A DNA stretch of 64,000 nucleotides from an uncultured Gammaproteobacteria bacterium (GTDB lineage: Bacteria > Patescibacteriota > Microgenomatia > Levybacterales > UBA12049), in contig OZ246394.1 in NCBI GenBank assembly GCA_965230895.1, positions 1,505,887 to 1,569,886 on the forward strand, in the 5' to 3' direction. Position numbers and translations under genes: made by a program. Positions 57,864 to 64,000 of the stretch are shown in pieces (position 1 is the first letter of the stretch; each line of letters opens with the position of its first letter). The notes below the pieces were generated by a model. That model saw nothing but the letters and a program-made list of their open reading frames with translations. It was not told the origin of the DNA and did not search any database.

Positions 57864-60827
57864 TTATTGACAGACATATCCAGACCCATTCGATGGATTT
57901 ATCATACAAACAAGACCAGCATCACAAAGATTATTGCTTGGAACACATGGTTGTCCACGTTGTATCTTTGGAACTGCAACACAACTTCTCTTATTGGTTG
58001 TTGGATTGAGAGAACAAGATTGTCCAGCAGGGCAACTGGTTCCACCGTATGGATAGACAACGCAAGTATCGCCACCTCCGGTACTAGGAATTGCAACGCA
58101 AGTTCTCTTGTTTGTGGTTGGATTGAGAGAGCAAGATTGTCCAGCAGGGCAGCTTGTGCCGCCATACGGATAAACAACACAAGTATTGCCTCCAGTTCCG
58201 CCACCGCCGCCACCTGAACCAGGATTTGGATTAACTGGAGGAGCTGGTTTTGCTACACAGGACAATCCATCTGGAGCTGGCTGCTGACTTGAAGATGTAC
58301 ATTCTGAACACTTATTATCAGGAGTCATCGTCTTGCATCCTTGAATCTGTCTTACACAGAGTGTTTTATCAGCATTTGGGACGAAGCCTGCCTGGTCACA
58401 GGTACATGCCGTCGCACCTTGTTTTACTGTGGCTCCTTTTGGACAAACTTTGCAAATACCTCTTGCAGCTCCACCAGCAGGAGGGAGATATTCTTGACGA
58501 TCCTTACTGGTGCAATATAGTGATCTAAATTCACCATCAGGGTATGGTTGTGTTGGGGCGTTACATTCTCCAGCTGGTGGGAGACATTTTCCTGAGTTTG
58601 GACCATCACCAAAGCAGTAACTAAATCCGTTCTGTGCATCTTCAGGTTTACATTGTCCATTATATCCTTGTGGGTTTGGGGTATTTGGATTTGGTGCAGT
58701 ACCACCACCACCGCCGCCTGATCCGCCACCACTTACAGGTGGTGGAAGCTGTCCTCCCTGAGTAGCTGTTGGTGGGTTACCACCACCGCCGCCACCTCCG
58801 ACTGGAGGTACAGTAGATACTTGTGGACTTCCACCACCGCCACCACCAACAGGTGGGACTGTGGAAACGCCAGGGGAGGTACCAGGATTAGGATTATTTG
58901 ATGGTACGATTGATGCTCCAGGAGAAGCGCTGACACTTGGAACGAGTGTTGCCGTTGGATTTGTCGTAGGATTTGGATTTACTCCTGGTGTCCCACCTCC
59001 TGGAACAGGAGTTGGGTTTCCTGGTGAACCGATTGGTGGATTGATCAAGCAAGGTGTTTGAATACCAATAATTCTAAATATTAACTCGATAAGCCTAAAA
59101 ATAAATTCAAAGAATCTGTCTAAGAAACCTTGTACATTTGTATCATTCTTTACGTGAGCTTTGATTCTCTCTTGTTGTCCGCCTGATTTGTATGATCTGT
59201 TGTACGTCATTTGATTAAGACTTCTACATGGGGTAGATCCACCACCACCGCCGCCACCAATAGGCCCGCTTGAGATTGTTGGTTGTACAGTTGTGCCTGG
59301 GTTTATTGTCGGTTGTGTATTTGATGGTGCTATTGTTCCTGGACCGACGCTAATTGTTGGCGAGATAAAGATCGTCGGTGCGCTTGATGGGGTAGGCGGG
59401 CATACGTTTCCAGTCCCAGATCCACCACAAACATAGGTAGGAGTTACTGTGGTAGGTGCAGTTGTTGTAGGAGTAACTGTCGATGCTCCTACAGCCTTTG
59501 CCGCATTAACTCTTCCTTGTGTCCAATATTGTCCAGTTCCAGTAATCTTATCAGCAGTAGAATAGAGCTTGTTTGTGACATCACTTGCTGATGCATTTGG
59601 ATTTGCAGCTTTTATCAACGCGACGACACCGACAACCATCGGTGTTGCCATGGATGTACCACTTTTGTAAGCATACTTACTTCCAGGAACCGTTGAGACA
59701 ATATTGGTTCCAGGGGCTGTTACTTCTACATGTGTTCCATAATTAGAAAATGTTGATTTTACATCTTTATTGTCAGTGGATCCAACAGTGATGACGCCAT
59801 CATTTGCGCCAGGGTATGAGATTTGATTTTGTGCTGTACAACCATTTGAGGAAAAGTTTGTGCCACCGCAATTTCCTGCAGCTGCGACAACAATTGCACC
59901 TTTTTGCGTGGCATAATTAATTGCGGTTTGATATGTGGTTTTACTTGATGCCTGTACAGATCCCAAACTTAAATTAATTACCTGAGCGCCTTGATCTGCA
60001 GCCCAAGTAATACCAGATGCGATGTTTGATGTTGAACCACTACCGGTATCATCCATAACTTTACCGATAATTAGTTGACAATCAGGGCATGTACCTGCGA
60101 CACCAGCACTATTATTTGTTGTAGCGGCGATAATACCTGCGACGTGTGTGCCATGACCGAAACTATCTTCAACAGTAGTCGTTGTAAAAAATTTTGAGGC
60201 AATAACTTTTCCACTTAAATCTGGATGATTCGTCTGAATACCAGTATCAAGAATAGCTACTTTAATACCATTTCCTCGAGTTACATCCCATGCAGCTTCA
60301 GCTTTGACATCTGCATTTGCCGTTCCAGTAATATTCTGAATTGCTTGTCCAATATTTTTTAAGCCATACTGCAGGTTGTAATTTGTATCGTTCGGAGTAT
60401 ACATAATATGGTTGGTGGTATCTTGTTCTGCGGACTGGACATATGGATCATTTCGAAGACGTTCCATAATTGCATCCTCTTGCCCTGCAGGAACTTTTAA
60501 TACTTTTGTATTAATCCCTTCAATTGTGTTGATAATGCTTGCGTCATATTGCTTAAGCCGTTCATTTATTTGCGCATCGGTATATTCTGGCTTGAATTGA
60601 ACAATGATTTGGCCTTCAATTTCTTTATCAGGTTGTACAGACGGCCACATGTTTTCTGATGTCTCAGGTGTCACTTGTTGCGCGGGAGATGGAGTTGGTT
60701 CAGGTGCTGGTTGTCTTGATTGATTTACTTCTAAGAAAAGAAATGCAAAACTGGCGAGGAGTATGACAGCAATCCCTATAATTACGGATTTACGCGACAA
60801 AAGACGCTGCAGATTATTATTCTCCAT
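57864..60827 (-). CDS. S8 (subtilisin/thermitase-like) serine protease with Pro/Gly-rich linker and Cys-rich C-terminal repeats
   Basis: Catalytic 'VAILDTG', 'HGTHVAG', 'AAAGN', 'GTSMATP'; signal anchor; propeptide. Confidence 0.92.
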   Translation of the reverse strand: MENNNLQRLLSRKSVIIGIAVILLASFAFLFLEVNQSRQPAPEPTPSPAQQVTPETSENMWPSVQPDKEIEGQIIVQFKPEYTDAQINERLKQYDASIINTIEGINTKVLKVPAGQEDAIMERLRNDPYVQSAEQDTTNHIMYTPNDTNYNLQYGLKNIGQAIQNITGTANADVKAEAAWDVTRGNGIKVAILDTGIQTNHPDLSGKVIASKFFTTTTVEDSFGHGTHVAGIIAATTNNSAGVAGTCPDCQLIIGKVMDDTGSGSTSNIASGITWAADQGAQVINLSLGSVQASSKTTYQTAINYATQKGAIVVAAAGNCGGTNFSSNGCTAQNQISYPGANDGVITVGSTDNKDVKSTFSNYGTHVEVTAPGTNIVSTVPGSKYAYKSGTSMATPMVVGVVALIKAANPNASASDVTNKLYSTADKITGTGQYWTQGRVNAAKAVGASTVTPTTTAPTTVTPTYVCGGSGTGNVCPPTPSSAPTIFISPTISVGPGTIAPSNTQPTINPGTTVQPTISSGPIGGGGGGGSTPCRSLNQMTYNRSYKSGGQQERIKAHVKNDTNVQGFLDRFFEFIFRLIELIFRIIGIQTPCLINPPIGSPGNPTPVPGGGTPGVNPNPTTNPTATLVPSVSASPGASIVPSNNPNPGTSPGVSTVPPVGGGGGGSPQVSTVPPVGGGGGGGNPPTATQGGQLPPPVSGGGSGGGGGGTAPNPNTPNPQGYNGQCKPEDAQNGFSYCFGDGPNSGKCLPPAGECNAPTQPYPDGEFRSLYCTSKDRQEYLPPAGGAARGICKVCPKGATVKQGATACTCDQAGFVPNADKTLCVRQIQGCKTMTPDNKCSECTSSSQQPAPDGLSCVAKPAPPVNPNPGSGGGGGGTGGNTCVVYPYGGTSCPAGQSCSLNPTTNKRTCVAIPSTGGGDTCVVYPYGGTSCPAGQSCSLNPTTNKRSCVAVPKIQRGQPCVPSNNLCDAGLVCMINPSNGSGYVCQ
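57975..58185 (-). repeat. Tandem Cys-rich repeat x2 within the subtilase gene
   Basis: 'TCVVYPYGGTSCPAGQSCSLNPTTNKR(T/S)CVA(I/V)P' occurs twice. Confidence 0.85.
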
Positions 60828-60981
60828 ACATTAACAGTAAAAGAATCGGATGAGGCTGTCAATAAGGAGATCTCTATTGAAAAACCAGAATTAGATGAAA
60901 CATCAACTATAAGTCATTATTGTTGCAATTAAAGCTTTCTATGTTATAATACTATAGACCTAAAAATAGGTTGTGAGATTC

Positions 60982-62844
60982 ATGGGAAAACTAAAGAATA
61001 TTACGAAAAAAGTTTGGTCTCTTCGAAAGGACACTCTGTACCAGAATTCGATCTTTATGATGGCAAGTACAGCTATCGTTTCAGCAAGCGGATTTTTCTT
61101 CTGGTTAATTGTGGCAAAAATGTATCAAGATGCTCAAGTAGGTCTTGCAACAGCCATTATATCTGCAGCTACATTTATTATGAACATTAGTGTTCTGGGT
61201 CTAAATTACAGTATCATCAGATTTCTTGCAAAGGAAAAGGAACCGAACCAGTTGTTAAGTAATACATTTAGTATTATTGCTGCAGCTGCAGCAGTTGTCG
61301 CAGGTGGTTTTTTATTATTACTTTCATATCTATCTCCAAGTCTGCTTTTTCTTCGAGAAGGAATTGGGGGATGGGCATTCCTTTTATTGACAATCCTTAT
61401 TTCTCTCGATTTCTTTACTGAAAGTATCTTTATCGCGTTACGAGCAGGGAAGTATATCTTTATTAAAAATGTTATTGTTTCTTTAAGTAAGTTAGCATTG
61501 CCTGCAGCTTTTGTAGGATTTGGTGCTGTCGGTATATTTATGGGTTGGGCGTTGGCATTATCAAGTGCACTCTTCGTAAGTATTTTTGTATTGATAAGAA
61601 AGTTTGGTTTCCGTTTTGCTCCAAAGTTCCAAAAGAAAAAATTAAAAGATATGTTCCAATTTTCGAGTATTAACTTTATTGTCGGACTCTTGGGAATTGC
61701 ACCAGGACTTGTTTTACCATTGATGATCACAAATACTGTTAATCCTGAAACCGCTGCGTATTTTTATGTTTCGTATATGATTGCAAACTTGTTGTACACA
61801 GTGCCATATGCAACGACACAATCGTTGTTTGCAGAAGGTTCATATAGTGAAAAGAACTTTTGGTTTAATGTGAGAAAAGCCCTCAAGTTTATTGCAATGC
61901 TATTAATTCCAGGAATTATTATTTTAAGTCTTTTGGGAGGATTTGTATTACAGTTTTTTGGCAAGAGCTATTCAGAAGAAGGTGTAAGATTCTTGCAACT
62001 TCTTGCTGTTGCTGGAATCCCTGTTTCGCTTAATTATCTTGGGTTAACAATTCTTAATGTACAGCGAAAAATGAAAGCGCTCTTTACTATTAATATTATT
62101 GGTACAGTAACGATTATTGGATTAAGTTATCTTTGGAGTAATTATGCACTTACAGGAATCGGTTTTGCATGGTTGATTGGACATATTGTCAAAAATTTCT
62201 TATATGCAGGCTATATCGGAATTGTTATGCGGAAAAAACAAATTATTACTTCACTCATCAATGCATATATTAAATCAAAATATATAACTGCGCGTTTGCG
62301 ATCAGTACAACTTGGTGGGAACTTCTCTAACTGGAGTAAAAACGTTTATATTATGCCTGATTGTAAATTTGAAAATGTCCGAAATATGAATTTTGGTAAA
62401 TACATTTTCATTAATCATGACGTAACGTTTTCAACACCGCATGGAATGAAGCTTGGTAATTTCGTCATGGTGGGTCCTCACGTCCTTTTTGCAACTGTTC
62501 ATCACGGTTTGGATGATTGGAAATCACCAATGATCTTTCAGGAAGCATCAGAAAAGGAAATTGTTATTGAAGATGATGTATGGATTGGTGCAAAAGCAAC
62601 AATTCTTGGTGGAGTTACAATCGGTCGGGGAGCAGTAATCGCGGCTGGATCTGTTGTTACAAAAGATGTTGAACCATATGCAATTGTCGGTGGGGTTCCT
62701 GCAAAAATTATCCGATATCGATTTGATGCCAAAACAAAAACAAAAGCAAAAAAGTTATCATTCGAACAATTACTCGCTTCAAAAAAAGCAGGATTATGGG
62801 CATTTATTATTCAGCTTTTTAGCTCTGCCATTGTACTATTCTAA
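60982..62844 (+). CDS. Wzx-like polysaccharide flippase fused to a hexapeptide-repeat O-acetyltransferase
   Basis: About 12 TM N-terminal part ('[12 protein letters not shown]...VGLA'); C-terminal '[53 protein letters not shown]'. Confidence 0.85.
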   Translation: MGKLKNITKKVWSLRKDTLYQNSIFMMASTAIVSASGFFFWLIVAKMYQDAQVGLATAIISAATFIMNISVLGLNYSIIRFLAKEKEPNQLLSNTFSIIAAAAAVVAGGFLLLLSYLSPSLLFLREGIGGWAFLLLTILISLDFFTESIFIALRAGKYIFIKNVIVSLSKLALPAAFVGFGAVGIFMGWALALSSALFVSIFVLIRKFGFRFAPKFQKKKLKDMFQFSSINFIVGLLGIAPGLVLPLMITNTVNPETAAYFYVSYMIANLLYTVPYATTQSLFAEGSYSEKNFWFNVRKALKFIAMLLIPGIIILSLLGGFVLQFFGKSYSEEGVRFLQLLAVAGIPVSLNYLGLTILNVQRKMKALFTINIIGTVTIIGLSYLWSNYALTGIGFAWLIGHIVKNFLYAGYIGIVMRKKQIITSLINAYIKSKYITARLRSVQLGGNFSNWSKNVYIMPDCKFENVRNMNFGKYIFINHDVTFSTPHGMKLGNFVMVGPHVLFATVHHGLDDWKSPMIFQEASEKEIVIEDDVWIGAKATILGGVTIGRGAVIAAGSVVTKDVEPYAIVGGVPAKIIRYRFDAKTKTKAKKLSFEQLLASKKAGLWAFIIQLFSSAIVLF

Positions 62845-62877
62845 TTCTATATATTATGATAGAACTGTACGCTGCCT

Positions 62878-63318
62878 ATGCTAAAACCGCAAAATAAAAA
62901 AGCTTATAACGCTGGGTTATTACAAGGGAAAGCTTATCGAATTCTCACCATTCAACTCACATCAGTTCTTTCACCTTTTTCTATATCAGTTCCTGAGTGG
63001 AAGTTGTTGGGACAATTGCATGATCATGGAAGCATGAAGTTAGCAAAACTTGCAAATCTTCTGAATGTCGAGGCGCCTTTAGTGACATCACTTGTTGATA
63101 GTCTGGAAAAAAAGAAACTTGTCAAACGGACAAATGATAAAGAAGATAAAAGAGCAAAAGTTATTGAAGTAACGAAAAAAGGAACCGATTTAGTAGAAAA
63201 GTTGGAGCCAGAAGTAAAAGCAGCAATGAGACATTTATTACGAGGTGTTGAAAGGAATGATTTTGAAGGCTACATCCGCGTATTAGAACTCATCGTTAAG
63301 AATAGCTCTTCCTCTTGA
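62878..63318 (+). CDS. MarR family transcriptional regulator
   Basis: 'VTSLVDSLEKKKLVKR...EDKRAK.I..T.KG'. Confidence 0.9.
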   Translation: MLKPQNKKAYNAGLLQGKAYRILTIQLTSVLSPFSISVPEWKLLGQLHDHGSMKLAKLANLLNVEAPLVTSLVDSLEKKKLVKRTNDKEDKRAKVIEVTKKGTDLVEKLEPEVKAAMRHLLRGVERNDFEGYIRVLELIVKNSSSS

Positions 63319-63359
63319 CTTCTCAGGCTAAATTAACGATACTTAAGCACATTTATTTT

Positions 63360-64000
63360 ATGCAACATTATTCAAATTTTATAAAAGGTTTTACTCTTTT
63401 TGTTGGGGGAATTATCGCATTCTCTTTGGGACTTTCTGCAGGATATCTCGTATTTCATCCAGATGTTCTTTTCGGTTCGACATCTGCGCAGTCACAACAG
63501 ATTGTTACACCTGTTCCTTCAACAACAAAAATTGATAAAGCAGTTGCATTTCGCTTAGATTTACAACAACGTGAAGAAGAATTTATTGCTTTATTATTAC
63601 AGTTATCTCGATCAACCTATGATGGATCGGCAGACATTAGTGCATTAACTATGCAAGTAACTGCGAGTATAAATGAGCGATCTGAGATCTATGGAGAATA
63701 TTACGGTAAAGACACAGAAATAGCATATAAAAAATTACAGGAGTCGATGATGAATGACATTCTGATTTATACAAATGCTGTAAAAAGAAATAATAAAGTT
63801 AGTATGGAAAGCAGTACCAAACGATTACTGACAACGAGTGCTTCTGAGTCAGCAATGTTTAAAAAGGCAAACAAAGATTTTCCTGAAAATGGTCTCCAAA
63901 AGCTCTCATTGGATACAGCAACATTGCTAAAAGCGTCAATAGATGCATATGCAAGTCAAAATTATCCACTCGCTTACAGTAAACAGCGTGAAGCGTTCGC
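63360..64000 (+). CDS. Membrane-anchored helical hypothetical protein, 3'-truncated (not in the ORF track)
   Basis: ATG 63360 is open to the window end (MQHYSNFIKGFTLFVGGIIAFSLG...); TTGACT-N17-GATACT upstream. Confidence 0.7.
   Translation, partial: MQHYSNFIKGFTLFVGGIIAFSLGLSAGYLVFHPDVLFGSTSAQSQQIVTPVPSTTKIDKAVAFRLDLQQREEEFIALLLQLSRSTYDGSADISALTMQVTASINERSEIYGEYYGKDTEIAYKKLQESMMNDILIYTNAVKRNNKVSMESSTKRLLTTSASESAMFKKANKDFPENGLQKLSLDTATLLKASIDAYASQNYPLAYSKQREAF

Noticed and set aside
62280-62844. Vat/CatB antibiotic acetyltransferase
   Set aside because: The shared 'PAKIIRYRF' motif is generic to this LbH group; fusion to a flippase favours glycan O-acetylation.
28-62884. Numerous 60-175 aa ORFs antisense or out-of-frame within long genes
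   Set aside because: They fully overlap well-supported CDSs and have no recognisable motifs; treated as shadow ORFs.
1-64000. CRISPR array, rRNA, IS elements, alternative genetic code
   Set aside because: No regularly spaced repeats, rRNA-like sequence or transposase motifs were seen; core genes are intact under code 11 and some end in TGA.

Overview
Bacterial chromosomal window, genetic code 11, AT-rich. Gene content and style (giant DUF2341/LamG surface proteins, PEGA protein, sortase, dockerin proteins, 'TM-QQQDxRSxA' leaders, leaderless promoters) suggest a Patescibacteria/CPR genome, probably Microgenomates-like; this is inference. Housekeeping content: mreB, tRNA-Arg(CCT), secE-nusG-rplK-rplA and rplJ-rplL with an L10 leader, glmS, galU, guaA, a P-type ATPase, an MgtE membrane domain, PAP2, an FMN reductase, a histidine kinase, glycosyltransferases and MarR. 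No CRISPR, rRNA, transposase, integrase or reverse transcriptase was seen. The most interesting signals concern the cell surface. (1) A triplicated two-gene unit [membrane-anchored fasciclin + Cys-rich secreted protein with variable C-terminus] lies right after rplL, and a fourth fasciclin sits beside a Cys-rich subtilase. (2) A conserved internal cassette (Cys loop, Pro/Gly/Thr linker, basic patch, amphipathic 'GFxxRFxxFxxxLIExIxR' helix) is shared by three secreted proteins with unrelated flanking domains. (3) A 2709-aa adhesin/M23 protein appears built by nested domain insertion. Other points: a BldC-like regulator with 10-bp-period direct repeats over its own promoter, a candidate trans-membrane redox operon containing a stand-alone ATP-cone, an unannotated Lys-rich 42-aa peptide ending in CEFC, and widespread leaderless-type promoters.
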